A stretch of 64,000 nt of DNA, taken from Candidatus Falkowbacteria bacterium (GTDB lineage Bacteria; Patescibacteriota; Patescibacteriia; Patescibacteriales; UBA12465). Shown here in pieces: positions 46,436-56,288 of this stretch. The DNA lies in contig JBAXJX010000001.1 of the NCBI GenBank assembly GCA_037137655.1, forward strand, positions 496,194-560,193, in the 5' to 3' direction. A program made the translations under genes and the position numbers. The notes below the pieces were generated by a model. That model did no database searches. It worked only from the letters and a program-made list of their open reading frames with translations, and had not been told where the DNA came from. Each line of letters opens with the position of its first letter. The first letter of the stretch is position 1.

Positions 46436-47317
46436 TTAAATTTTTTCCGCGGCGCGCATCTTAGCGCTTCGAGCCCGAGGATTATTATCTAATTCTGCGT
46501 CACTTGGTAGCAAAACCTTTTTAAATAAAACTTTTAGATCTTCCCTGTTCTTAAAAAAATGTTTAACAATTCGATCCTCTAAACTGTGAAAAGAAACCAC
46601 CACAATTCGGCCACCTGGTTTAAGAAGTTTTACTGCTTTTGGTAAAGCCTCCTCCAAACTCTTAAGCTCTTCATTCGTTTCAATTCTTAAGGCTTGAAAT
46701 ATTTTAGTCGCCGGATGAACTCGGCCGTGCCAAAATTTCTTCGGGATTGAATCTGTCACTAATGTTGTTAACTGTTCAGTATTTAAAATTCGTTCTTTCT
46801 TTCGGAGTAAACAAATATTTTCCGCTATGCGCCGTGAAAATCTTTCTTCACCATAAGTCTTAAATATATATTCCAAATCAGCTGCACTATATTGATTAAC
46901 AATTTCTTCAGTCGACCGCGGACTCTTTGGTCCAAACGCCATATCAAGTGGTCGTGATCCGGCAAAGGAAAAGCCACGATCTTCATCTGCCAATTGATTT
47001 GATGATAAGCCCAAATCCATTACAATTCCATCGAATCCTTCTACTTCCGGCGCAACTGATGCGGCCGCTTCATCAATATTTCTAAAACTATCATTAAATA
47101 AAACTACGTTTGGTAAGGCAATATTCTTCTTAAAATTAGCAATCACACTTTCATCTAAATCAATACCAACCACCAGACCTTTTTTACCAACTCGCTCAGC
47201 GATCTTAGTGGTATAAGTTCCACCGCCCAAAGTGCAGTCAATAAATTTCTGTCCAGGTTGCGGATTTAAATATTCTAGAACCTCATCGAGCATTACTGGT
47301 ATATGAACATTATTCAT
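46436..47317 (-). CDS. rsmH: 16S rRNA (cytosine1402-N4)-methyltransferase RsmH/MraW
   Basis: HIPVMLDEVLEYL, DCTLGGGTYT and GGRIVVVSFHSLEDRIVK. Confidence 0.92.
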   Translation of the reverse strand: MNNVHIPVMLDEVLEYLNPQPGQKFIDCTLGGGTYTTKIAERVGKKGLVVGIDLDESVIANFKKNIALPNVVLFNDSFRNIDEAAASVAPEVEGFDGIVMDLGLSSNQLADEDRGFSFAGSRPLDMAFGPKSPRSTEEIVNQYSAADLEYIFKTYGEERFSRRIAENICLLRKKERILNTEQLTTLVTDSIPKKFWHGRVHPATKIFQALRIETNEELKSLEEALPKAVKLLKPGGRIVVVSFHSLEDRIVKHFFKNREDLKVLFKKVLLPSDAELDNNPRARSAKMRAAEKI

Positions 47318-47326
47318 GTTTTTATT

Positions 47327-47758
47327 TTAAATTCCCAAATCGCCTAACTCTTCTGCAATCTGATTACTGTTAGCTTCAGTTATCGCTTTATATTTATTCC
47401 ATTCTTCCTCATCCCAAATTTCTAAATGGTTAAACAATCCGGCAATAATTATTTTTTTCTTTAAAGTGGAAAAACGACGCAAATATTCCGGTAACGTAAT
47501 TCGTCCCTGATTATCAAAATCAACTTCCATCGCTCCAGCCAAAATGTGACGAGCAAAGGCCCGACTTTTAGTCTGACTAATTGGCAAAGCGCCAAATTTT
47601 TGCGCTAATTTATCCCATTGCTCTTTTGTATACAAAAATAAGCAATTATCAAGCCCTTTGGTGACAACTGCTCCCTTTTTCAGAATCGAACGAAACTTGG
47701 CCGGAATAGCCAATCTGCCCTTTTCATCAAGATTGTGACTGTATTCTCCGATGAACAT
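47327..47758 (-). CDS. mraZ: Transcriptional regulator MraZ
   Basis: Start trimmed to the ATG at 47758 (MFIGEYSHNLDEKGRLAIPAKFR). There are two SpoVT/AbrB-like halves; the second is FDNQGRITLPEYLR. Confidence 0.9.
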   Translation of the reverse strand: MFIGEYSHNLDEKGRLAIPAKFRSILKKGAVVTKGLDNCLFLYTKEQWDKLAQKFGALPISQTKSRAFARHILAGAMEVDFDNQGRITLPEYLRRFSTLKKKIIIAGLFNHLEIWDEEEWNKYKAITEANSNQIAEELGDLGI

Positions 47759-47851
47759 GAGTTTAGTTTTTAAAAGTTTTGAACTTTTAAAATTGTTAGT
47801 GCACGACAAGCATGGGGATGCTTATGAAAACCTATTTTGTTTTTATTTTTA

Positions 47852-47878
47852 ATTCACCTTTATTCACCACTATTCACC
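47852..47878 (-). promoter_or_regulatory. Three direct repeats (GGTGAAT) at exact 10-bp spacing; putative MraZ operator
   Basis: Minus strand reads aaaGGTGAATagtGGTGAATaaaGGTGAATtaa. The plus-strand copies (ATTCACC) lie at 47852, 47862 and 47872. They sit just downstream of the predicted -10. Confidence 0.6.
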
Positions 47879-47889
47879 TTTATGATGTA

Positions 47890-47918
47890 ATTATACACCA
47901 CTGATAACCTAGCGTCAA
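47890..47918 (-). promoter_or_regulatory. Sigma-70-type promoter of the dcw operon
   Basis: Minus strand reads TTGACG - 17 nt - TATAAT (-35 at 47918..47913, -10 at 47895..47890). Confidence 0.65.
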
Positions 47919-47962
47919 CACTCCAATTATTAACAAAAACCCCTAAAAATAAAGCTAATAAC

Positions 47963-47993
47963 AAAAAATAGCCACTTATTAACAAGTGGCTAT
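47963..47993 (-). terminator. Terminator of the histidine-phosphatase gene
   Basis: Minus strand has a 10-bp stem ATAGCCACTT / AAGTGGCTAT, followed by TTTTTT. Confidence 0.7.
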
Positions 47994-48042
47994 TTATACG
48001 GATTATTCTTATCAACAGTTTATCAACAGATTTTAAAAATCG

Positions 48043-48774
48043 TTAATCAACTAAAGTTATAAACAAATCTTCATTCGGTTCATGTGGCAAATGACAAATA
48101 TTATTAATATAATTAATTTTAACATAGCCATCTCGATCAATTACTAATTTAGTGATTGATGATTGAAAAATCTCTAAGGACAAAAATCCAATAATATCAG
48201 CATTGATAATGCCGGTAATGATTGTTTTAATAATATTACCATGGCAAAACAAAGCCACCGACTTCCCTTTGCTGTGTGAATATACATCCGAAATTAACTT
48301 TCGACCAAAATCTTGCATCTTATCAAGTTGCTTATCAAGACGATCGTGTTGTTTAAATCTTGTTTCACGAGTCTTCTCTGACATATTGAAATATTTTATA
48401 CGATACCAATCCTTCCAATCAATTTCATTTAAGCGTTTATCAATCACGATTTTTTTACCAGCTTTATCAGCAAATTCACGTGCCGTTTCCTGAGCTCGCA
48501 AAAGTTCGCTACTATAGATCTTATCAATATCCATTGATAATAACTTTAAGGTTAAATACTCTCTTTGGTCTAAGCCAATTTTAGAAAGTGGCATATTGTG
48601 ATCGCCAACTAACTTTTCCGTCGAATAATCTGGATTACAATGACGCACCAAATAAATAATAGTATAAGGACTTTTAATTTTTGGTTTAATTTTGCGATAA
48701 GGACTTTGGTATCTAGTTGTTCTTTTGGGTGCAACTTTAGCCTTCGCCTTAGACTTGAGGAGAGTCTCTTTCAT
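48043..48774 (-). CDS. Histidine phosphatase (phosphoglycerate mutase-like) family protein
   Basis: IIYLVRHCNPDY (RH motif) and a C-terminal CHGNII (catalytic-site His). There is a basic N-terminal extension. Confidence 0.7.
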   Translation of the reverse strand: MKETLLKSKAKAKVAPKRTTRYQSPYRKIKPKIKSPYTIIYLVRHCNPDYSTEKLVGDHNMPLSKIGLDQREYLTLKLLSMDIDKIYSSELLRAQETAREFADKAGKKIVIDKRLNEIDWKDWYRIKYFNMSEKTRETRFKQHDRLDKQLDKMQDFGRKLISDVYSHSKGKSVALFCHGNIIKTIITGIINADIIGFLSLEIFQSSITKLVIDRDGYVKINYINNICHLPHEPNEDLFITLVD

Positions 48775-48783
48775 AGATTTTTA

Positions 48784-49368
48784 TTAGATATTTTTATTAA
48801 CAAAATCCCAATTTAACAAATTATCAACTATTGACTTAGCATAATCGGCGCGACGGTTTTGATAATCCAAATAATAAGCATGCTCCCAAACATCAATCAC
48901 TAATAGTGGTTTTAATTTAGCCGTTATCGGACACCCAGCATTTGAAGTTTTAACTATCGATAAACTATCACCATCACTAACAAGCCAAGCCCAACCGCTA
49001 CCAAACTGTGATAAAGCGGCAGCGGCAAATTCTTCTTTAAATTTTTCTAGTGATCCAAATGATTTTTCTAACAAGGCCATAGTAGCCGCAATCGGCTCTG
49101 ATTTATCAGCACTTAGACTGTTCCAATAAAACTCATGGTTCCAAACTTGAGCGGCATTATTGAAAATAGCAACTTTATCTGGATCATTATTAGTATCCAT
49201 GATGATTGTTTCTAAATCACAATTAGCCAAATCAGTATCGGCCACCAACTTATTAAGATTACTAATATAAGTTTGATAATGTTTACCGTAATGAAAACTT
49301 AAAGTGTTTTGTGAGATATAAGGTTCCAAGGCATTATCGGCAAATGGTAAATTTTTTACTTCAAACAT
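48784..49368 (-). CDS. Fe/Mn superoxide dismutase
   Basis: HYGKHYQTY, NHEFYW and DVWEHAYYLDYQNRRADY. Confidence 0.92.
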   Translation of the reverse strand: MFEVKNLPFADNALEPYISQNTLSFHYGKHYQTYISNLNKLVADTDLANCDLETIIMDTNNDPDKVAIFNNAAQVWNHEFYWNSLSADKSEPIAATMALLEKSFGSLEKFKEEFAAAALSQFGSGWAWLVSDGDSLSIVKTSNAGCPITAKLKPLLVIDVWEHAYYLDYQNRRADYAKSIVDNLLNWDFVNKNI

Positions 49369-49372
49369 ATTT

Positions 49373-49867
49373 TTATTTTTTTAGTTTTTTATTAACTGGC
49401 TTTTTTATAGCCACTTTCTTAGCGACTGGCTTCTTAGCCGCCACTTTTTTAGTGACCGCTTTTTTTGCAACAGCCGGCTTTCCTGCCATCTTAGCTTGAT
49501 TTTTTTCGTAAACGGCAATCACTTTTTGCAAACCCTCCACTGCTAAAACTGAGCAGTGAATTTTTTGCGTCGGCAAGCCACCAAGATCGGACACAATCTC
49601 ATTCCAATTAAACTTTTTAGCTTGGGCTAAAGTCATGCCTTTCACTTTTTCACTTAACACAGAAGCGGTCGCAATATTAGAAGCACAACCAAAAGATAAA
49701 TACTTTAATTCTTTAATTTTTCCATCAACAACCTTAATTGTAAACGTTAATTGGTCGCCACAAACCATGTTGCCAACATCGGCCCGAGCATCAGCATTTT
49801 TTACTTCCCCGCTATTTTTGGGGTGTAAAAAATTATCAATTGTTTTTTTAGTATAATTCAATGACAT
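49373..49867 (-). CDS. iscU: IscU/NifU-type Fe-S scaffold with a Lys-rich C-terminal tail
   Basis: The three conserved Cys are in NMVCGD, FGCASN and IHCS. The tail reads KPAVAKKAVTKKVAAKKPVAKKVAIKKPVNKKLKK. Confidence 0.85.
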   Translation of the reverse strand: MSLNYTKKTIDNFLHPKNSGEVKNADARADVGNMVCGDQLTFTIKVVDGKIKELKYLSFGCASNIATASVLSEKVKGMTLAQAKKFNWNEIVSDLGGLPTQKIHCSVLAVEGLQKVIAVYEKNQAKMAGKPAVAKKAVTKKVAAKKPVAKKVAIKKPVNKKLKK

Positions 49868-49881
49868 ATTTTTATTTTTAA

Positions 49882-51033
49882 TTATTTAATCGGCGTAAAA
49901 GCTCTTAAGCGTTTAACCGTATCTTTCAAACATTTAATTGTATAATCAATTTCTTTCTTAGTGTTATATTTTCCAAGTGTAAAACGGATATTACTATTCA
50001 AATTATCTTCCACCAAACCAATCGAACGCAAAACCGAGGAAACTTTTAAGTTAACTGCGGAGCACGCTGATCCAGTCGAAACACAAATACCTTTAAACGA
50101 TAAGTCCATTAAAATCGCTTCACCTTCAATTCGGCGAAAAAGAATATTTAAATTATTCGGCGTTCTTTTAACAAAATCACCATTTAGCACGACATCGGGG
50201 ATTTCTTTCTTTATTCTTTGCCACAAATAATTGCGCAAAGCTTTAACTTTTTTTAGATATTCACCGCGCTCTTTATATGACAACAATAAAGCTTCGGTTA
50301 AACCGACAATTCCCGGAACATTATAAGTACCAGAACGTAAATTATTTTCTTGGCCGCCACCGCTGATTAAAGCTTTTATTTTTATCTTGCGATTAATAAA
50401 AACTGCTCCCACGCCTAATGGTCCGTGAAACTTGTGTGCTGAGATGGTTAAATAATCAATATTCAATTTTTTGATATCAATTTTTAAATATGGCACAGCT
50501 TGCACGGCGTCAGTGTGAAAATAAGCGCCACTGGCATGCACTAATTTACTAATCGCTGCCAAATCCTGAATAACACCAATCTCATTATTAACCGCCATAA
50601 TCGACACCAAAACTGTAGTCGGACGAATTAACTTGGCCAGCTCATCAAGCTTTATTAAGCCCTTAGAGTCAACTGGCGCAAAATCAAGTTCAAAGCCCTC
50701 CGCTACTAGCTCGCGCGCTGAATTCATTACACACGGATGCTCAATATTGGAAACTATTAAATGGTTACCTTTATTTTTATTAGCGCGCATCACACCCTTA
50801 ATAATAAAATTATTGGCTTCAGTCGCACTACCAGTAAATACAATATTTTCCGGCTGGCTATTAAAGATTTTAGCCACCTTTTCTTTACACTCAGCAATCT
50901 TTAAATCGTTGGCCTGACCCAAAAAGTGAATCGACGAAGCGTTGCCATAATGATTGAAATAAAAATCTTTCATCTTAGCAAAAACGCGCGGATCAATTTT
51001 GGTAGTCGCGGCATTGTCTAAATAAATCAACAT
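49882..51033 (-). CDS. iscS: Cysteine desulfurase (NifS/IscS)
   Basis: PLP-lysine SAHKFHGP and active-site loop STGSACS. 383 aa. Confidence 0.9.
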   Translation of the reverse strand: MLIYLDNAATTKIDPRVFAKMKDFYFNHYGNASSIHFLGQANDLKIAECKEKVAKIFNSQPENIVFTGSATEANNFIIKGVMRANKNKGNHLIVSNIEHPCVMNSARELVAEGFELDFAPVDSKGLIKLDELAKLIRPTTVLVSIMAVNNEIGVIQDLAAISKLVHASGAYFHTDAVQAVPYLKIDIKKLNIDYLTISAHKFHGPLGVGAVFINRKIKIKALISGGGQENNLRSGTYNVPGIVGLTEALLLSYKERGEYLKKVKALRNYLWQRIKKEIPDVVLNGDFVKRTPNNLNILFRRIEGEAILMDLSFKGICVSTGSACSAVNLKVSSVLRSIGLVEDNLNSNIRFTLGKYNTKKEIDYTIKCLKDTVKRLRAFTPIK

Positions 51034-51043
51034 ATTTTTTAAT

Positions 51044-51733
51044 TTATTTTAATTCAATCGATTTAACGATCACTTCTTTTTTAGGATGATCTTTTGGTTG
51101 ACTATAACTAGAACCGTCATAAGTTTCAACGTTTTCGATTTTAGCGACGATGTCCATACCGTTTACCACGTAACCGAAGTTAACATGTTTACCGTCAAGC
51201 CATGGAGTGCTTTCCGCGGTGACGATGAAGAATTGTGAGCCATTAGTATTTGGTCCGGAGTTGGCCATCGCCAAAGAACCCTTAACTAATTTATGGTTGT
51301 TAAATTCATCACCAAATTTATAACCCGGTCCACCCATACCATCATTAGTAATATCATCATCCTTACTGTTTGGGTCGCCACCCTGAATCATAAAATCCTT
51401 AATCACACGGTGAAATGTAGTGCCATCATAAATGCCTTTTTTAGCTAAATTCATGAAATTATTAACAGTTACCGGTGAATCAGCACAATACAGCGCTAAT
51501 TCGATATCACCCATGCTAGTTTTTAAGATAGCGCGGCTATAAGTCGCACATAAATCTTCTTGTCCCGGCAAAGTTGCTTGGGATTTGTTAGTATTGTTTT
51601 CCATAGTTTTTTGATTAGTTACCTTATTATCTAAATTATTAGTAATCACATTTGTTTGTTCCGAACTACAAGCCGTCAAAAACAAGGCGAAAAACAATAA
51701 TGCAGACAAAAGGACAATATTTTTCTTAAACAT
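51044..51733 (-). CDS. Cyclophilin-type peptidyl-prolyl isomerase, probable lipoprotein
   Basis: Signal peptide with lipobox LFLTACS, plus FHRVIKDFMIQGGDP and GSQFFI. Confidence 0.9.
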   Translation of the reverse strand: MFKKNIVLLSALLFFALFLTACSSEQTNVITNNLDNKVTNQKTMENNTNKSQATLPGQEDLCATYSRAILKTSMGDIELALYCADSPVTVNNFMNLAKKGIYDGTTFHRVIKDFMIQGGDPNSKDDDITNDGMGGPGYKFGDEFNNHKLVKGSLAMANSGPNTNGSQFFIVTAESTPWLDGKHVNFGYVVNGMDIVAKIENVETYDGSSYSQPKDHPKKEVIVKSIELK

Positions 51734-51811
51734 AAATTTTAATTTTTAAAATTATTATAATGCCAAATAATTATAGCACAAATAAGTGTAATTTTAAAGA
51801 CCCCAAAAAAA

Positions 51812-53248
51812 TTAAACTTTAAAGTCTTTTTTTAATGCTTGGTCATCAATAACTCGTTGTTCTTCAATTTTTTCCCGTGCTTTCTCTCGTAAAGCCGCTA
51901 AATCGAGTTTGTTTAATTCTAAACTTCTATCAGCTAAATAATCTTTATTGTTTAGTTCTGGGTCTTCAATCACTTCGCTGAGTAGCACATCTAAAATTAC
52001 ACCGATTTTTGGACCAGGTTCCATTTTTAAAGTCTCCATTAAATCCGTACCATTAATTTTTAACATTTTCACTGAAATCGGATCGTGTTGCACCTTTTCC
52101 AACATATATTCCAAGTGACGCAATTTGTATGGTTTTGGTTTTATATCACCCGAACCAAGTCGATCAGCCACGCGCAAATCAATTAAATCCTTTAAATTCT
52201 CTCGGCCAGTTTTAACAATTAGGCGACGCACAGAAGCTTCTGTCACTTCCCCTACATTATAATAAAACATATGGTTACGCACCAAGTTAACAATTCGGTC
52301 AATATCTTCATTGGAAAATTTCAAACGACGTAAAATCTTATCAGCCATTTTAGCGCCCACGTATTCATGGTTATAAAAAGTACCAACACCATTAACTAGC
52401 TTGAAAACTTTTGGTTTACCGACGTCATGCAATAGAGCTGCTAAGCGAACTTGGTAAGAATTATTTGGACAATGTTTTAAAGATAAAAGGTTGTGTTGAA
52501 AAACCGGATAAACATGATGATGAAATTGCTTAACATTAACACCATCTTCTAACTCAGGAATAATATATTGCAATAACTTGCTATGATGTAAGCCCATCAC
52601 ACCGTCATATGGCCGCGGTGAGGCAATAATTTTCACGAGCTCATCATGAATTCTTTCTTTGGCCACAAATTTTATATTGCCGGCCATTTTCATAATACCC
52701 CGTTCTGTCTTCGGCTCAATACTAAAATCAAGCTGACAAGAAAAACGAATCGCTCTGATCATACGCAAAGCATCTTCTTTAAAACGCTCAGTTGGCTCAC
52801 CAACCGCTCGAATAATTTTCAAACGAATATCTTTATAGCCGCCAAACAGATCAACTAATTCATCCTTTAAATTAACAGCCATGGCATTAATCGTAAAGTC
52901 ACGGCGATGTAAATCTTCTTCAATATCATCCTCAAAATTAATCTGATCTGGGTGGCGTCTGTCGGCGTAACCAGCTTCTGAGCGATAAGTGGTAATTTCT
53001 AAAACATTATTATCAGCATCGCCAAGTGGTAATAAAACCGTCCCGAAATCATTTTCGTATTTAGCCTTGGCAAAAACCGTTAACACCTGCTCTGGGCGCG
53101 CATTAGTGGTAATATCCCAATCCTTTGGCATTCGTTCCATCAACAAATCACGCACACAACCGCCCACGATATAAGCCTCGAAGCCGGATTCCTCCAGCTT
53201 CGATAAAGTTTCCAAAACAAATTGTGGCGCCTTATCTATTAAAGACAT
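51812..53248 (-). CDS. cca: CCA-adding tRNA nucleotidyltransferase with HD domain
   Basis: GGCVRDLL..DWDI NTase head and RDFTINAM. HD motif LLHDVGKP. Confidence 0.8.
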   Translation of the reverse strand: MSLIDKAPQFVLETLSKLEESGFEAYIVGGCVRDLLMERMPKDWDITTNARPEQVLTVFAKAKYENDFGTVLLPLGDADNNVLEITTYRSEAGYADRRHPDQINFEDDIEEDLHRRDFTINAMAVNLKDELVDLFGGYKDIRLKIIRAVGEPTERFKEDALRMIRAIRFSCQLDFSIEPKTERGIMKMAGNIKFVAKERIHDELVKIIASPRPYDGVMGLHHSKLLQYIIPELEDGVNVKQFHHHVYPVFQHNLLSLKHCPNNSYQVRLAALLHDVGKPKVFKLVNGVGTFYNHEYVGAKMADKILRRLKFSNEDIDRIVNLVRNHMFYYNVGEVTEASVRRLIVKTGRENLKDLIDLRVADRLGSGDIKPKPYKLRHLEYMLEKVQHDPISVKMLKINGTDLMETLKMEPGPKIGVILDVLLSEVIEDPELNNKDYLADRSLELNKLDLAALREKAREKIEEQRVIDDQALKKDFKV

Positions 53249-53254
53249 AAAATA

Positions 53255-53788
53255 TTAGAAAAATTTAAGCCATTTTAAAAATGCCCAAGCAATTATACCG
53301 CCCATTAATGCTGTGGCGAATTGGGTCCAGCTCATCATTTGAACCACTACCTCAAGAAATTCCTTTCTTGTTAGTAGCTGGCCTATAAAATTAACACTAA
53401 TATACAGAAAAGTAAACTTCAGGACCGCGCCAGCAGCCACACCTAACCAATAGCCTTTCTGGTTATTAACGGTATTTTTATAACAAAAGTCTATTAACAA
53501 TATAAAGCCAACGTTCGAAATCATAATAAACGGGACAGTTGGTGCTAGTACGGCCGGCAATAAACCACCCGCCAAAGCCATCATACTCGGAATTAAAGCG
53601 GCCACCACCGCTGTTCTAATGCCACACAAAAATAAAATTACAATTAATAAAGCATTAATAAATGGCCCGCTAATAAACTGGGAATGAATAAAAAATGGTA
53701 AAACACTAATTGTTAACAATAAAGATAGTGCTTGGACCATTGACCAAACATTAGTTCCCTCCATTACCTCCTCTTGTACGTATGCCAT
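53255..53788 (-). CDS. Polytopic membrane protein (ECF S-component-like?)
   Basis: 177 aa with 5-6 TM segments. ISGPFINALLIVILFLCG resembles ECF substrate-capture proteins, but the match is weak. Confidence 0.4.
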   Translation of the reverse strand: MAYVQEEVMEGTNVWSMVQALSLLLTISVLPFFIHSQFISGPFINALLIVILFLCGIRTAVVAALIPSMMALAGGLLPAVLAPTVPFIMISNVGFILLIDFCYKNTVNNQKGYWLGVAAGAVLKFTFLYISVNFIGQLLTRKEFLEVVVQMMSWTQFATALMGGIIAWAFLKWLKFF

Positions 53789-53792
53789 AAAT

Positions 53793-55523
53793 TTATTTTT
53801 TAGATTTTATTCTTTTAGTATAAGTAGTGTGCAAAACTTGATGAGACAATTTTTTTTCCTCCAACCATTTTAACACAGCTAGAACTTCCACATTATTTTG
53901 AGCTTTGCGAATTTTTTTATTTTTATCAGTCGCATAAAGCGATTCGGCTCGCGTTTTTCTAATTGCGGCCGTTGTTGGGATTGGTTGGCCACCACCGCCA
54001 ATGCAACCGCCAGGACAAGCCATGACCTCAATATAATCATAATCTTTAATATGCGGTAAAATTTTATCAATCGCTCCGATACCATTGACCACGGCCACAC
54101 GTAAATGTTTGCCGGCAATATCTAATTCCAATTCTTTAATTTCACTTGCGCCACGCACCTCTTTAAACTCTAAACGTGAATCACAAATTTTAGACTTACC
54201 ATCGCCACAAAGAATATTATTAGCTGTTCGCAAAGCTGATTCCATTACACCACCAGATGAACCATAAATCACCGCCGCGCCACTACCAGCATTAAACTCT
54301 AAATTATTAGCTTCCGGTTTAACGTCAGCCAAATTAATGCGATTTTTCTTCAACACGAAAGCTAACTCCCGTGTCGTCAGAACTAAATCTACTGGACGCA
54401 AACCGGCAATTTTAAATTCATCACGCGCACTTTCAAATTTTTTCGCCGTACAAGGCATAATTGAAACTACATATATATTTCGCGGATCAATCTTTTTTTG
54501 TTTGGCCCAGTAAGTTTTTATCGCACCACCCAAATGTATTTGCGGTGAACGTGACGTAGTTAAATTTGGAATTAATTCGGGATGAAAAAACTCAACATAT
54601 TTGACCCAAGCCGGACAGCAAGAAGTAATCATTGGTAATTTAGCTTTTTTATTATTCAATCTTTCAATTAATTCCCCGGCCTCAACCATTGTTGTTAAGT
54701 CCGCCCCAAAATTAACATCAAAAATATAAGCGAAACCCAATTGCTTTAAAGCTGTCGCTAAACGTAAAACTATATTCTCGTCATATTTCATGCCAAATTC
54801 CTCCCCAATTGTCGCCCGGACCGATGGAGCAAATTGCACCACCACAATTTTTTTATTAGCCGCTAAAACTTTTTCCAAATCAGTAAAATTTTCTTGTTCC
54901 GCCGCCGCATTTACTGGACAATGCAAAGCACATTGACCACAATAAATGCAATCGATATCTTTATCGGACACTGGGACAATTTCACGATTTATTCCCTGCC
55001 CTTTACACTCTAGAAAATTAATTTTTTGTATTTTAGAACAAGCCTCGACACAATTGCGACAATCAATGCATTGGCTACCATCAATTTCCACAGCATTAGC
55101 AAATTTATATGTCACCCGAGCCGTCTTTCTTTCTGGGAAGCGATTAATTTTTAATTTATACCGGCGCGCCAAGTCAAGCAAAGTACATTTAAAGCGATAG
55201 GAACAAGTCGGGCATTTTTCAATATGCTCCGCAAAAATCATTTCAATATTTAAATTCCGCGCCTTGACCACAAGTGGTGAATCGGTAAATATTTCCATAC
55301 CAGCAGCAACCTTAGTTGAGCAAGCCGTCATTAATTTATCATGACCACTAACTTCAACCACACAAACACGACAATTAGCCTTAACATCGAGATCAGGATG
55401 AAAACAAAGACTTGGAATAAAAATATTATTTTCCCCAGCTACAGTCATAATTGTTTTGCCTGGCAAAACCTCAAGATTACGACCATCAATTTTTATTTTT
55501 ATTTTTTTTATCGCATTTGCCAT
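53793..55523 (-). CDS. hydA: [FeFe]-hydrogenase catalytic subunit (CpI-like M3 architecture)
   Basis: N-terminal 2Fe-2S domain, His-ligated cluster (HIEKCPTCSYRFKC) and two ferredoxin motifs (CIDCRNCVEAC, CIYCGQCALHCP). H-cluster motifs are TSCCPAW, MPCTAKK and VMACPGGCIGGGGQP. Confidence 0.9.
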   Translation of the reverse strand: MANAIKKIKIKIDGRNLEVLPGKTIMTVAGENNIFIPSLCFHPDLDVKANCRVCVVEVSGHDKLMTACSTKVAAGMEIFTDSPLVVKARNLNIEMIFAEHIEKCPTCSYRFKCTLLDLARRYKLKINRFPERKTARVTYKFANAVEIDGSQCIDCRNCVEACSKIQKINFLECKGQGINREIVPVSDKDIDCIYCGQCALHCPVNAAAEQENFTDLEKVLAANKKIVVVQFAPSVRATIGEEFGMKYDENIVLRLATALKQLGFAYIFDVNFGADLTTMVEAGELIERLNNKKAKLPMITSCCPAWVKYVEFFHPELIPNLTTSRSPQIHLGGAIKTYWAKQKKIDPRNIYVVSIMPCTAKKFESARDEFKIAGLRPVDLVLTTRELAFVLKKNRINLADVKPEANNLEFNAGSGAAVIYGSSGGVMESALRTANNILCGDGKSKICDSRLEFKEVRGASEIKELELDIAGKHLRVAVVNGIGAIDKILPHIKDYDYIEVMACPGGCIGGGGQPIPTTAAIRKTRAESLYATDKNKKIRKAQNNVEVLAVLKWLEEKKLSHQVLHTTYTKRIKSKK

Positions 55524-55529
55524 ACAAAC

Positions 55530-56288
55530 TTATTTTTTATCAGCTAAACTCTTGTAAATTAAATAGATATAAATCATTGAGAAAGTATAGCCAACATAGA
55601 ACACTAGTGATGATAATAGTTTATGAATCATTAATAAGATGCCGTAATCTGGAAAGAAAGAAAATAAGATTCTAACAACAAAATAAACCACAAAGAAACC
55701 AACCGCCAATAAAATTAAGCGCCAAGCTATACCGAAGAAATTTTTACTAGCCAAAGATAAGCCGCGTTTAATCGCTGCTGCATAGCCAAGATCTTCAGAA
55801 ACGGCCACGCAAAGAATTAAACTAGCAAAAACCGCCAAGACAAGCCCTGGTAAAATAAATAACAAACTACCAAGAAAAATTACAAACACCAAAGACACTA
55901 GCAATAAGGCATAAGACCAGAAATATTTACGACCAACCTTAAAAATATCCCAAAATTGACCAGATGTTTTTTTAAGCATTAATAATAATTGAACATCAAA
56001 ACGAATCATTAAATAAACCGAGAAAATTATAGCCGCTAAATATAGCGCGCCAAACAATAATAAAAGTAAAATATTATCGATAGCAAAAACGCTAAAAACA
56101 AGAGCGTACAAAAAGGCTATAACAAAAATTGGCAAAAGCGCCACAATTCTGTAAATAGTATTCAAGCTAAAACCAATAACATTATTTTTAAAAATTTCGT
56201 AAGTGGATACAAATAGCTTAATCGGTCCGACAATTTTATTGGCAGTCGGCGTAGCGGTACTAACCGTTTTTTTAATTTCGCTTGGCAT
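55530..56288 (-). CDS. Polytopic membrane protein, function unknown
   Basis: 252 aa with about 6 TM segments. It overlaps the nuoF-like gene by 17 nt and ends 6 nt before hydA. Confidence 0.5.
   Translation of the reverse strand: MPSEIKKTVSTATPTANKIVGPIKLFVSTYEIFKNNVIGFSLNTIYRIVALLPIFVIAFLYALVFSVFAIDNILLLLLFGALYLAAIIFSVYLMIRFDVQLLLMLKKTSGQFWDIFKVGRKYFWSYALLLVSLVFVIFLGSLLFILPGLVLAVFASLILCVAVSEDLGYAAAIKRGLSLASKNFFGIAWRLILLAVGFFVVYFVVRILFSFFPDYGILLMIHKLLSSLVFYVGYTFSMIYIYLIYKSLADKK

Noticed and set aside
47759-47809. N-terminal extension of mraZ (MSCTNNFKSSKLLKTKL)
   Set aside because: MraZ proteins begin MF(I/L)GEY. The extension runs into the leader region.
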